The translations under genes and the position numbers were made by a program. DNA of 63,481 nucleotides, the filler included, from Welwitschia mirabilis (taxonomy: Eukaryota), in the NCBI GenBank assembly GCA_051453625.1. It is 14 parts of one record of this genome, joined end to end, with 100 filler letters (N's around TTAATTAATTAA, not from the genome) between each part and the next. Parts side by side here need not be neighbours in the genome. Positions count along the whole stretch, not along the records: positions 25,200 to 30,841 come from JBOZIK010000001.1; positions 30,942 to 42,971 come from JBOZIK010000001.1; 12 more parts are not named here. One strand, 5' to 3'. The notes beneath the pieces are model-generated. The model saw nothing but the letters and a program-made list of their open reading frames with translations. It had not been told where the DNA came from and ran no database searches. This document shows, piece after piece, positions 25,200-38,328 of this stretch (positions are counted from its first letter, which is position 1; each line of letters begins with the position of its first letter).

Positions 25200-28100
25200 C
25201 TTTTGATGAGGATGTATGTGCAACCCCTAATATGAAGGAGTTAACTTTAAATTGAATTTAAAGGGGCCTAAAAAGGGATTAAAATACATTTTTATTAACA
25301 ACAACCCTAAAAAACCACTAATCATTAGTAGTCATGTCTATCCTAAAGCTGAGTAAGTCTTAGTATCACTCCTCACATCTAAATCTGAAGCTTTTACTTA
25401 GAGTCATAAGGACCTATTTCTTATTCCACCACATATTGTTTAACACAAGATATACCTAGATGATAATTTAAAACTGATAAGACAACATCAAAAACATTTA
25501 AATCCAATGCTAAAACAAGTGGTTAAATATGAGATCATTAAAATTTTAGATGCTGACATCATTTATCCTATAAGTAATAGTAAGTGGTTTATCCCATTAA
25601 CTATAGTACCTAAGAAATGTGGTAAGTGGAGAGCATGCATAGACTTTTAAAGACTTAATGAAGTAACTAAAAAGGATCATTGTCCTCTTCCTTTCTTTGA
25701 TCAAGTATTGAATAGAATACAAGGACATGCATTCTACTATTTCCTTGATGGTTATAGTGAATACAACCAAGTATGTAGTGCAAAAAAAGATCAAGAAAAG
25801 ATTACTTTCACATCCTCTTTTAGTTCTTACACTTTTAGAAGAATGCCTTTTATTTTATGCAATGCTCTAGGTACCTTTTAATATGTTATGATGGGAATTT
25901 TTAGTGACGTTGTATAAAACTCCATTGAAATTTTCATGGATGATTTTTCAGTCTTTGGAGATTCTTTTGATCAAACTTTAAATCATTTAGTACAAGTCTT
26001 AGAATGATGTATTGAAAGTGGACTTCACCTTAGTTAGAAAAAGAGCCATTTNNNNNNNNNNNNNNNNNNNNNNNNNNNNNNNNNNNNNNNNNNNNNNNNN
26101 NNNNNNNNNNNNNNNNNNNNNNNNNNNNNNNNNNNNNNNNNNNNNNNNNNNNNNNNNNNNNNNNNNNNNNNNNNNNNNNNNNNNNNNNNNNNNNNNNNNN
26201 NNNNNNNNNNNNNNNNNNNNNNNNNNNNNNNNNNNNNNNNNNNNNNNNNNNNNNNNNNNNNNNNNNNNNNNNNNNNNNNNNNNNNNNNNNNNNNNNNNNN
26301 NNNNNNNNNNNNNNNNNNNNNNNNNNNNNNNNNNNNNNNNNNNNNNNNNNNNNNNNNNNNNNNNNNNNNNNNNNNNNNNNNNNNNNNNNNNNNNNNNNNN
26401 NNNNNNNNNNNNNNNNNNNNNNNNNNNNNNNNNNNNNNNNNNNNNNNNNNNNNNNNNNNNNNNNNNNNNNNNNNNNNNNNNNNNNNNNNNNNNNNNNNNN
26501 NNNNNNNNNNNNNNNNNNNNNNNNNNNNNNNNNNNNNNNNNNNNNNNNNNNNNNNNNNNNNNNNNNNNNNNNNNNNNNNNNNNNNNNNNNNNNNNNNNNN
26601 NNNNNNNNNNNNNNNNNNNNNNNNNNNNNNNNNNNNNNNNNNNNNNNNNNNNNNNNNNNNNNNNNNNNNNNNNNNNNNNNNNNNNNNNNNNNNNNNNNNN
26701 NNNNNNNNNNNNNNNNNNNNNNNNNNNNNNNNNNNNNNNNNNNNNNNNNNNNNNNNNNNNNNNNNNNNNNNNNNNNNNNNNNNNNNNNNNNNNNNNNNNN
26801 NNNNNNNNNNNNNNNNNNNNNNNNNNNNNNNNNNNNNNNNNNNNNNNNNNNNNNNNNNNNNNNNNNNNNNNNNNNNNNNNNNNNNNNNNNNNNNNNNNNN
26901 NNNNNNNNNNTTAAAATTACCATTACTAATGAACCCATATTAAGTGGACCAAATTGGAATAATTACTTTAAGCTAATGTGTGATCCTAGTAATCTTACTA
27001 TAGGTAGGGTATTAAGAAAAAAACATGAGAAAGGGATGAAAGTAATTAGCTGCATTAGTAAAACCCTTTTTGGTGCTCAACTTAACTACACAACTACTAA
27101 AAAGGAGATGCCAATAGTTATCTTTTGTCTAAACAAACTTTGACATTACCTCTATGGTTTTCACACTTATGTTTATATAGATCATGCTGCCATTAGATAT
27201 TTAATGACAAAAAAAGATTTTAATGCATGCTTAATATAATGGATACTCTTATTACAAGAATTCAATTTGACAATAGTGGACAAAGTAAAAAAACAAAATC
27301 TAGTAGCTAATCATCTTTCTAGAATTCCTTTAGATACTTCTCCTAATTCTTTCAATCAACCTATTTATGATGATTTCCTAGATGAACAACTTTTTATGGT
27401 TGAATAATTTTATGAAGTATTTTTAAAACAATTTACTCCTTAGTATGCTAATATCATGAACTATATTATCACACTTAAAACACCTTTCCATTAGAAGATA
27501 AACCAATAAAAATCTTTCCTCCATAGATAGATTACTATGAATGGATCAAACCACATAAACATAGGTGATGCAAAGATCAAATCATGCACAAATGTGTTCT
27601 CGAATGGGAGAAAAAAGAAATTCTTCTTCTTTATTATGAAAGAGTTTTTGGAGGTAATTTTAGTGGCCAAAATATTACTATGAAAATCTTACCTTTATTA
27701 TTCTATTAGACCTCTTTATTTAAATATGCCTTTAACTTTGCTAGGAAGTGTGATTTTTACCATCGATCTAGAGGTCTTACTTGAACCCTTGAAATGTGAA
27801 CCTTTTGATTGTTAGAGTATAGACTTTATATATCCTCTTAAACCCTCTTCATGTGGAAGTCATTATATCTTAGTGGTAATCAATTATGTAAAAAAATGAA
27901 TTGAAGCTATTCCTACATAGAATTATGATGCAAAAACTATTTGCTAATTTATTAGATCAAACATCTTTCAAAGATTTGAATTTATTAGGATTCTAATTTC
28001 TGCTTAAGATACTTAATTTATTAATAAGATCCTTAGAAAATTCTTAGTTTTAGTTGGGATTAAACATAGAATAGCTAACTCTTACCATTCTTAATTAAAT

Positions 28101-28760
28101 GGACAAGCTAAAAATGATAATCATGAAATCAAGAAAGTAATCTTAAAACTTTATCATAAGTCTCAAAAATCATGGGTACTTCATCTTAACAATGTTCGTT
28201 GGGCTTATTGTACAACTTGGCATAATTCTTTAGGTTTCTCTCCTTATGAACTTATCTATGGAAAAACATATATGCTTCTAGTCGATGTGTGCTATAATTC
28301 TTACAAAATAGTCCATCAACTTAACCTTGTTTGTTATGCTAATAATCTTTAAGCATGCTTAACGTAATTAAACCATCTTAATGAAAAGAAAATCTAGGCT
28401 TTCCATCACCAACTTATAGTCAAAGCCCAAGTCAAACATGGACATGATAAAAACCTGATGCATAAAGACTTTTACCTTGGCTAGTATGTTCTACTCTTTA
28501 ATGATAGAGTTTATTTAATTCACAACAAACTGACTTCTAGATGATTAAGTCCATATCTAATTAAGTAGATGCATTCTAATGGTTTAGTTGAGGTTTTAGA
28601 CCTAAAAATTAATGAAATAATAAAAGTAAATAGACAACATTTGAAGCATTAATAGTCACCTGATGATTGTTCTTGTTCAGTTTACATGATAGAAGTAGTT
28701 GAGTTAGAGGATCGTCTTCTTGAAAAAGAGAAGTCCCTTCCCTTTGTTATTGTCTAGATG
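25200..28760 (+). pseudogene. pol: Decayed Athila pol (RT-RH-INT)
   Basis: TKKDHCPLPFFDQVLNRIQGHAFYYFLDGYS (~25666-25758); catalytic EIFMDDFSVFG (25927-25959); QLNYTTTKKEM and DHAAIRYL (RNase H); KVNRQHLKH at ~28622-28650. Confidence 0.93.
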
Positions 28761-30774
28761 ACTTCTTAACTTGACTTATCTTGGGTTCATTAGACTAGTT
28801 GATCATCCTTCACATGACCTATGATCCATCATTAAGATTCATGATGTTCAACAAGTATTGAGTTTGGCTTTATTTAAACTTAAGATATTCAAATACCTAT
28901 GAATCCTTGATTCTAATTAATTACCTCATTAGAAAATTGGAAATACCTTCAAAAGAAAAAAATTATGTTTATTTTCATGGTGTTATACCATAAGTACACT
29001 CAAGAAATAGTTGGCTTTTGGGTTCATTATCTTTTGGTAGTGTGATATGGTAGCTATGGAGACTCCACCCAGGGGATAGTTGATCATGATTGGGTTTTTA
29101 CCTATAGATNNNNNNNNNNNNNNNNNNNNNNNNNNNNNNNNNNNNNNNNNNNNNNNNNNNNNNNNNNNNNNNNNNNNNNNNNNNNNNNNNNNNNNNNNNN
29201 NNNNNNNNNAAAAGCACTCAAAATTTTTTTTCTATGAGTACCTTGATGAGCATCTCTTTATAATCACTTACTTCTAAATTTATCATTTTTAAAACATTGT
29301 GTCATGTATATCTTTCATAATAATTAGTTTGACAATTATCCTATGTGGGTCTTGTTAGATTGACATCTAAAATAAAACGAATCAACCTTTTTTATGTTAT
29401 TTAAATCCATTTCTTTCACACTTCCATAGTTAAGTCAAAAATTCTCAAAACAAAATCGCATTCTCTTAAAATTCTTATGGGGTTTAATTCTTTAATTAAG
29501 TCAAGTTATCCATCATAAACTCTATGCATTTTATCATTTAACTATTGGCCTTGAGAAATATTATGAACATGTTAGAAATTAATTTTTTGCATTTCATCTT
29601 TAATTCTCAATGTGCAATTTCTAGGTTTTATGTCTCTAGCACCTCACAAGCTATTTCTACCTCAAATTTATATTATGCTAATTCTTATAAAGCTTTTCTA
29701 ACATCCATGAGAGTACCCCATTTTCAATTCTGAATTTATCTTATTCATGTGCCTTCAAAAAGGCTGTTGTGCCATATGTTATTTTCATGACCAAGGCCAT
29801 GACACTTGTTGTGATACTGTCATGGGATATGTCATCCCCATGACAAAGGACATAATCCTAAAATTCAATTTCTAGCAAATTCACTACATGATTCATGATC
29901 ATTACCCTTCTCTTAATCATAAAAACTGAAAGCACTTAAATTTGGATGAGCTTAAAATCAAGAAATCACCTAAACCACCAAATAATCTTGGACTTTCCCA
30001 TTAGGTTTTCTCAGATGCTATTTTTGGCTAATTGGGAAAATTAATCCCTCTTAATAGATCCTTCATAGATCACTTATCCTGAATCCATAATTTCTTATCA
30101 ATTTTGAGCCTAGTTTAATAAACATTTTTAAGGCTTACCTTCATCATATTGGCATTTTTACAATTCCTAAGCAAGATGTTAAAATTCATAAAAACTAAGT
30201 TTATAATTAAAATGATCTCAATTATTAAGATTCAACTACAAAATCTAGGATTAATTAGAAATTAAGAAGGCTGTCATTTGACATATTGTCCCCATGACAT
30301 ACGGGACGCTGACTGTAATTTTTATCTTGGGATTTTTGTATGGTAGTGATCTTAGTCATCAACATGATCAAATAAATGAAATATGTGTTATATCTTGTAT
30401 CATTCACATGATACAAAAGATGATAACATAATAGATCTTTTATGTAATCCTTTTTCTATCTCATTTTCCAATCAATTCTTATACCACTTATTTCCTCTGA
30501 CTCATCTTAGGTGCTTCAATTGTCCTTTACCTTTAGAGCTATTAATTTCAAGTAATTCAATCATATTTCATCAAAATGAGGTAATTCTTCATCCCATCCA
30601 TTATTTAAATTTCTTAATTTTTCTTATTTCTTTTATTTTAGGCCATATTTGATCATTTCTCTCCATACCCATCTATAGTTTTGGCTGATCTATGCTTAGA
30701 AACTTATGGAATCGAATTTCATCTTCTAGATTTAAAGTTATGAGTATTTTCTCCTAAAATTTCATGTTTTTCAC

Positions 30775-30841
30775 TGTTGCAGTGTGTATTTGTGCAATAG
30801 TTCATGTTCAAATTCAATCCTGTTAATTATAATTAAGATGC
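30775..30841 (-). mobile_element. LTR 3' terminus inserted in the 3' non-coding region
   Basis: Plus strand tgttgcagtgtgtatttgtgcaat is nearly identical to the sequence from 20294 onward. Confidence 0.75.
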
Positions 30842-30941
30842 NNNNNNNNNNNNNNNNNNNNNNNNNNNNNNNNNNNNNNNNNNNNTTAATTAATTAANNN
30901 NNNNNNNNNNNNNNNNNNNNNNNNNNNNNNNNNNNNNNNNN
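30842..30941. other. Artificial contig spacer
   Basis: 44 N + TTAATTAATTAA + 44 N. Confidence 0.97.
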
Positions 30942-31027
30942 CATAGAAACTGAGCATTTATCTGTTAGTTTATCTGCAAAACAACTCAAAATATACTATC
31001 AAATACACTTAAGTTGGCAGCGCAACA
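30942..31027 (-). mobile_element. 5' end of a variant-A LTR
   Basis: Minus strand TGTTGCGCTGCCAACTTAAGTGTATTTGATAG has no adjacent PPT, so it is probably the outer edge of an insertion. Confidence 0.75.
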
Positions 31028-31189
31028 TTTACTTTTTGGAGTTTTTCGCTTATCACGCACTCAATTCATAATATTTTTTACCATGTTAGATATCAAATTG
31101 ATCCTTGTTTCAGTAGCTATGATCTAGTTCTTATGGAAGAGTATTTGGTTACCTATAAATGAAGTTTTAAATAATTTTCCCTTTTCTAT

Positions 31190-32467
31190 TAAAATGGCAC
31201 ATATCTATTTTGTGGGCTTCTTCATGTAGTAACATAGATGCATCCTCTTCTTGAACCTGCACATGATCTACCACTGCCTAAGTAGCAGAATAACAAGAGA
31301 AAGAGCTTATTCTATAGGAGCAAAGGCATAGCCTTTTTTCTATAATTTACTAGAGGGAGATGCATTTTAGTGACTATATTTAGAGGCTTAAGCTTGACTT
31401 AAATCAAACAATAGAGAAGCTCAATATTTGAGGGTAGTTATTACATGCTTGTGGCTCTTACTATGAAGTGAAAATTATTTATTCTTACTAGACCTTTAAG
31501 GTTATCTCAGCCACTAAGGAGGATGACTTACATTATGATTAGATCAGAGCCATTGTAGGAGGATGTCATATATACATTAAGCCATAGCATATCCCAGTAG
31601 TTACAAGGATTCCTAGAGATGGAGAGAGGATTGATCTTGATGGGGATGAGTCAGAGAGATGAACTTATATCATCTAGCTGGAGTTACCATATCATGTAGA
31701 TGATGATCAGTAAGGGATAACTTTGATATATTTACCTTCCTATTACTATATCCTTTACCAAGCAATTATCTATAACATAGCTCCAGTTTATTATGACTCA
31801 CTTACTATGATTACCCATATCTAGATTTTAGCCCTTATTCATCATGAAGAGAGTATGAATTTACTACTTTCATTTGGAACCAATTGGGATGGATAAGCAC
31901 CTAGTACCGATTTTCTACCATTACTTATTCTTTTCTACTACATACTCTTTTTTGATGATTGAAGGTTCCCATTCTAGCAGAGACTCCTCACTAAGTCCAC
32001 ATCTTAGCTGATGATACCTATTCAGGCAACTAGAAATAGAAATCCCTGGTATGGATTGACTGACTCCTGGTGAGGTACCTATAGCATAACCCCTTCCCCC
32101 TAGACAACCTCAGGAAGGTGGAGGCATTACCCTAAATTAATTCATGACATTATTAGAAGGAATGGAGCAGAGGCTATCTTCATAGATAGAGTATCCTCGT
32201 GGCATCATTATCACACAACTTGATTAGTTGGAGACATGCGTTCATGCTATAGAGGAGCATGGTCAAGCTACCTTTGAGAAGGTGATAGATATTCAGTAAG
32301 ATACTTTAGTGGGCATCCCTAAAGTGGTTCATGTCCATCATGATGCAATTAGATCTAGTCTATGGGAGCATATCTTTTACTACTTTCTATATATTGAGGA
32401 GTCTATTATTGAGCCACCTATGAAAACAGGTGGCAAGAGAAACATTAATATGGAGGTTGAGTTCTAA
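31190..32467 (+). pseudogene. Decayed extra ORF upstream of the PPT (env-like position)
   Basis: The frame from 32102 reads RQPQEGGGITLN*FMTLLEGMEQRLSS*IEY...TQLD*LETCVHAIEEHGQATFEKVIDIQ*...MEVEF*, and all four internal stops are TAA/TAG. The region is GC-richer than its flanks. The 5' boundary is uncertain. Confidence 0.5.
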
Positions 32468-32739
32468 TCCTCTCCACACAGTGATCCATGATTATTGATA
32501 TAGTTCTAAGTTTTATAGAAATTGTTCTTCTTTCATATCATTTTACTTAGACACATTGTTTTTAAACTAGTAATTGATATTCATGTAATGCTATTTGACG
32601 ATGACTTCTTTTATCTTAAGTTGCCAGTTTATCTAGAGATGTAATGTAAGTTTTTATTAGACTTTAAGGCTTTCTTTCCCTAGTAATTTGGCATAACAAA
32701 GTACTTTTTTACTTTATTTGTTGAGGGATTGATAAAATG

Positions 32740-32754
32740 CTAGTTAGGGGGCTA
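32740..32754 (+). promoter_or_regulatory. Polypurine tract
   Basis: CTAGTTAGGGGGCTA directly before TGTTGT. Confidence 0.75.
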
Positions 32755-33942
32755 TGTTGTAATCCCTAATTACCATAGTTTAATTGTATAATTGACAATG
32801 TTTTGCAAGGAATAGAACTCAATTTAGTCACTTTTAGGAATTTTTTCATGAACTGATATAATAATTTAATTATGACCTTAAGTGTCATATTTCATTTATA
32901 AAAACAAGAACTCAACTAAGGAGTAAAGTGGAGAAAAGAGTGGAAGAAAAACCAACAAAATAACTATCATTCTTACTGTCATCCTCACAACAGAGGACAA
33001 GACCACAAGGATAAAGGCATTTAAGGATGAATTTTGGAGGTTGACTTGGTGAGGCTGATGTGGCAAGTCTAGGTGGCAGTCATGCTCTATGTCATCCCCA
33101 TTACACAGGAGATAACATATCCATTAAGTTTCAAATTCAAATCCTAACTAGTTTCTGATGTGATGGCCTATGAGTGGATGATGAAGGGGTGTTATGTAAT
33201 GTGTTGTTTCCATTATAATAGTAACATGACAATGCCATAAATTCTTTCTAACTGAGTTAATTAAGGTCTAATTTATACCTAATGATACCTCTTCATCTGT
33301 ACTGACCTTCCTGACCTGTAACCACCTTAGGAAAACTATAAAAACCTCCATTTGGCATCATTTAATCATCTTTTGGCATTGGAGGATTGGTGAAAAAGGC
33401 ATCCAAGGAGTTAAGGATCTGTTTTAGTATAGGATAGATCATTCTTGATGATTAAGCTATTCTTCTGATGTTGAGGAATCACTGCCTTGCTAAGGTATTT
33501 GTAATACATTCCATTTATTTAATAAAATGTCTTTCTTCTTTAATTCTTATTATTTCTTTTATGTCTTATGTTAAAGTTTGATCAATGCTATTTCTTAGAT
33601 TAATTCTAAATTAAATATAAGTCATAATGGCTAATTTTGCATGACAATAACTTAGAAACTTAGTTATTATAGGCTTACATCTCATCTCTCTTTCATTTTT
33701 GCATTGCACATTATAATAGTTGCATTGTCAAATTTTCTTTTTGTATTACAAAAATACAAAATTGATCAAAACAATTGGATTAAAATTAAAGTGTTTATTC
33801 TTTTTATTTGTGTGCTTGATTAGAATGTTATCTTATACTCTACAGATTACAACATTCGTTGGATAAATCACTCTATACTAAGGCTAGTTGTAATTCCATT
33901 ATTTTAAGAATTGACTACTTTTAAAGTGAAATTTAAGCAACA
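32755..33942 (+). mobile_element. Complete 3' LTR, variant C (~1.19 kb)
   Basis: TGTTGT...GCAACA inverted termini, a TATA-like ctataaaaa near 33336, and a homolog at 11134-11862. Confidence 0.8.
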
Positions 33943-34199
33943 AACAAAAAGGTCTTAGATTGTCTAAGGGTATTCTTTTCTATGTTTATCTTATGATTTT
34001 ATCTTTTTCTTTTGGAGTATTTAGTTATGTGGAATGTTTTTATTTGTATGGGAAAAAAAGAAAGAAAAAAAAAGAAAAAAATGATCATAATATTTTATAT
34101 TTGATATATCTCAAAAACATGGTCACCAAGATGTCCTACCACCATTAAACAAATTTTTCATTTAAGGTTAATTCCATAAATTTAAATATAATCTAATTA

Positions 34200-35330
34200 A
34201 TATTTAATCATTAAATAAATTATTAAATTTAAAAACATTTTGTTTCCATGATTATTTTCCTCACATTATTCACATGTAGGTCCTTCTTCCTCCTTGAATT
34301 TTTGATTAATCAAATTTTTCTACCATGTTATTAGTCACTTTTTTAGCTACTTCTTTCTTACAACTGATATGTTTTAAACTATACACAATACCATATGCTT
34401 CTAGGGTATATATTTCATTTGTCTTTTTCTTCCTTTCATTTTTCTTTCCCCATCCTTGACTCATGTTATAAAACTAAGTAATAACTTCTCATAATTTTTG
34501 AACATTCTTTGCCTTGATACTTCCTTTAAATGACAAGTTTAAGTCTTATAGTTTGACTCTAGAATCCTTAAAGTAAAGCTCTAAGTCATTCTCTAAATGT
34601 GATTCCATGGTTGGAACATTTAGCTAATAATATGTTATACCTATTCATGAGTTCATCAAATCTTTCATTATCTCTTTGTTTAATATTAAAAATTTATTTT
34701 CTTATATCTTCAACCATTATCATGGGTTAAAATTTATCTAGGAAAGCATTTTTAAGAGTTTCCTAAGAACTAGAGACATGATTAGGAGCTTTATAATACC
34801 ATAGTTGAGCATCTCTTTTTAAAGAAAAAGGAAAATATCTCAGAAATTTAAATTCTAAGTCAAAATAATTAGCCTTAAAAAAGGAATTATACAGGCTTAG
34901 ATGTAGTAGGGGTTCTTTTACCTTTTTATCCTCAAAAGTGGGTATTGATGTAGTATTTATGTTTCTTACTTTATTTGATTATTATAAAACTGTAGGATTA
35001 ATGTGACTTAAATCTTCTACCAATGAGTATCAGGATTTAAAGGTCTTGAATTTCCATCATCTTTCTAAGAACATCTTGTTAAAACTTTTTATTTAGGCAT
35101 TTCTACCTAAATAATTTAAGAATATTCTCCTTGTGAGTGAGCTGATATAATAATGGTATATAATCATTGCTCAAATTCATTCATCAATTTGAAAATATTT
35201 GCTTCTTCACCACCTTTCCAAGGATGACTTCATCCTCAATAAATCTTCTCCTTCCACTTATGTTTTAATGTTTTTTGTAGTCTACTCATTTAGACCATAC
35301 TTATAAGTGTCTCTAACATACCTGCCTCTA
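34200..35330 (-). pseudogene. gag: Decayed gag of a second Ty3/Gypsy family (retrotransposon gag domain)
   Basis: Minus-strand translation of ~34565-34840 gives RYFPFSLKRDAQLWYYKAPNHVSSS*ETLKNAFLDKF*...IKQRDNERFDELMNRYNILLAKCSNHGI, with PTFEDKKVKEPLLH upstream. Outer limits are approximate. Confidence 0.78.
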
Positions 35331-35528
35331 TGATCCCACCATTTTCCTTATCTCTCTTATTAAATCATAGTTTTCATCATATCTTCTGATTAACTTTAAA
35401 GAAACCTCCTTCTAGTATCAAAATGATAGGTGCTTATGTGACAAAATAATTGCATAAAATGTTACAAAATAATAAAAATAATGCTAGAAAAATACAGAAA
35501 CTCTGCTACTACTAATCTAAAATAAGCT

Positions 35529-36681
35529 TGATAATTACAGATCGATCCTAGAGGGGGATGAATAGATCTTAGTACCAAAATTCATCTTCTTCAAAAACCT
35601 ACAAATAAAACAAATAAATGTACAAACACAAGTGCAAGATATTTTAGTAATGGATAGATACCATCCTTCAGCCTCTTAGACCTCCTGTTCCTAGCTGATA
35701 TATATTAACCTCAAAGATTGATTTTTAGTATTACCAAAAATCTATTCCAACATCAGAGGATTTTAGGGCTAATCTACAACCACAAAAGAAGAAAATAAGC
35801 TGAGTGCACAGATGCACATATATGCTTCCAAATGGAACAATAATCTCTCCAATAGATAATGCAATAAGATCCTCAAACAAAAATCTAAATTCACATTCCA
35901 TTCAGATACAACAATTGATTGGTGTAATAATTTTCTTCTTGTTTTTATTTGTGTGACAAAACAGGTATCTTCCTTTTAAGTGGAAGGAAGCTTAAATAGA
36001 TAAAGTACACAAGATAACCGTTAAGAGAAGGGAAGTAAACCATTATACAATATTTCATGCTTTTTGAATGAACTATTAGAAACATAATGGTTATATTTAT
36101 AATATGTAAGGTTGACCATAAAACAATCTTGGTTACCCTAGTATCTAGTTACCCTTCTTTCTTTACTTCATCCATTATTATTTGCCATAGATTTCTTAGT
36201 ATTAAATAGATGAACATTCAGTTGCCCTTATGTTAATATGTGGTCGACCTTGTTTCGGTCATCCTTACTTGATAACCTGGTCGATCTTGTAAGGGTAGAT
36301 TTTGGATAGTATATGGTTGTCTATAACTAAGATGTTTATTCACCCTTACTATTAGGAGATTAAAGTTTTACAAATTGTCATGCAGTCACTCATGTCTACT
36401 TGTTTGCTTACCTAAGTTTTCCTCAGTCTTTTGTAAAACTTTAGATAGGGTCATCTAATGCAATTTTCATGGTTACCCATGATGGAACCGGTCTTCTTTC
36501 TAGTTTATTATTTTGATCATTAAGTAAGCTAGGGTTGGTTACTTAAACTTAAAGTAGTTTATAGTTCTTAATAGGTCAGTCATTTGGTGATTTGAGTTGG
36601 TCACCTAGTGTTGGAAAATCTCTGCACAATGACTAACTACAAAAACTCATTAAATTAATCAATGAAAATAGGTTCTCAACA
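35529..36681 (-). mobile_element. Copia SIRE-like 3' LTR (~1.15 kb)
   Basis: The minus strand starts TGTTGAGAA after a PPT and ends CTATTCATCCCCCTCTAG...TATCA, a U5 signature typical of Sireviruses. It has internal GGTYRCC-type repeats and is homologous to 58488-59575. Confidence 0.72.
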
Positions 36682-36732
36682 AACTCTTCCTTTGCTGAGG
36701 AAAAATAATAATTAAACATGTAGGTCTCTCCC
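36682..36732 (-). promoter_or_regulatory. PPT plus a second upstream PPT-like motif
   Basis: Minus strand AAAGGAAGAGTT abuts TGTTGAG, and GGGAGAGACC lies about 40 bp upstream. Multiple PPTs are characteristic of Sireviruses. Confidence 0.55.
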
Positions 36733-38328
36733 TAAATTAGTTAATTTCATAATTGATTAAATTTATATAATTTTTGCATGAATTAAAATTAAATATCAGA
36801 GAGATTTTTGTAAAGATAAAAAACTATTTGTATAAATCAAAAAGTTTGAATTACAACATGAGAAGTACACTTTTCATTAATGCTTAAAAGTGACACATAA
36901 NNNNNNNNNNNNNNNNNNNNNNNNNNNNNNNNNNNNNNNNNNNNNNNNNNNNNNNNNNNNNNNNNNNNNNNNNNNNNNNNNNNNNNNNNNNNNNNNNNNN
37001 NNNNNNNNNNNNNNNNNNNNNNNNNNNNNNNNNNNNNNNNNNNNNNNNNNNNNNNNNNNNNNNNNNNNNNNNNNNNNNNNNNNNNNNNNNNNNNNNNNNN
37101 NNNNNNNNNNNNNNNNNNNNNNNNNNNNNNNNNNNNNNNNNNNNNNNNNNNNNNNNNNNNNNNNNNNNNNNNNNNNNNNNNNNNNNNNNNNNNNNNNNNN
37201 NNNNNNNNNNNNNNNNNNNNNNNNNNNNNNNNNNNNNNNNNNNNNNNNNNNNNNNNNNNNNNNNNNNNNNNNNNNNNNNNNNNNNNNNNNNNNNNNNNNN
37301 NNNNNNNNNNNNNNNNNNNNNNNNNNNNNNNNNNNNNNNNNNNNNNNNNNNNNNNNNNNNNNNNNNNNNNNNNNNNNNNNNNNNNNNNNNNNNNNNNNNN
37401 NNNNNNNNNNNNNNNNNNNNNNNNNNNNNNNNNNNNNNNNNNNNNNNNNNNNNNNNNNNNNNNNNNNNNNNNNNNNNNNNNNNNNNNNNNNNNNNNNNNN
37501 NNNNNNNNNNNNNNNNNNNNNNNNNNNNNNNNNNNNNNNNNNNNNNNNNNNNNNNNNNNNNNNNNNNNNNNNNNNNNNNNNNNNNNNNNNNNNNNNNNNN
37601 NNNNNNNNNNNNNNNNNNNNNNNNNNNNNNNNNNNNNNNNNNNNNNNNNNNNNNNNNNNNNNNNNNNNNNNNNNNNNNNNNNNNNNNNNNNNNNNNNNNN
37701 NNNNNNNNNNNNNNNNNNNNNNNNNNNNNNNNNNNNNNNNNNNNNNNNNNNNNNNNNNNNNNNNNNNNNNNNNNNNNNNNNNNNNNNNNNNNNNNNNNNN
37801 NNNNNNNNNNNNNNNNNNNNNGATTAGATCCATAATATTATGCTGAAAAAATATGAAAATGACTTTGAAAATTCCAACATAATAGTCAATGAAAAACAGA
37901 ATGAAAGTGGACAACTAAGAACATAAAAAGATGACTTACTTATCTTAAATTCTAACCTAACAAATTCCTCTAGTAATAATCATAAAATAACTTGATAAAA
38001 GATGCATGACAGTATGTAAAAACTAATAAATTTCTCAAATAGGCAATGATAATAATGATGTTAAGTATGTCTAATGTTATTAAACAATAAATGATAAGAT
38101 AAATTTCTATTAAAACAAGAACTTATAAGCTATCATCTTAAAATAATCCTAAAATCTAAAAAAGTAGAGTGATTATGTGGAAGAACTATAAATAAATAAA
38201 ATAAATCTAAAAATAAGCAATGCCTCTGATAACACCAGGGACATCACTGATCTCATACCCTCTATGTATAATTTTATTCTACCATAATGAGGGGAGTGTT
38301 AGAGAAGTAATAACCTGCATAGCATGAC

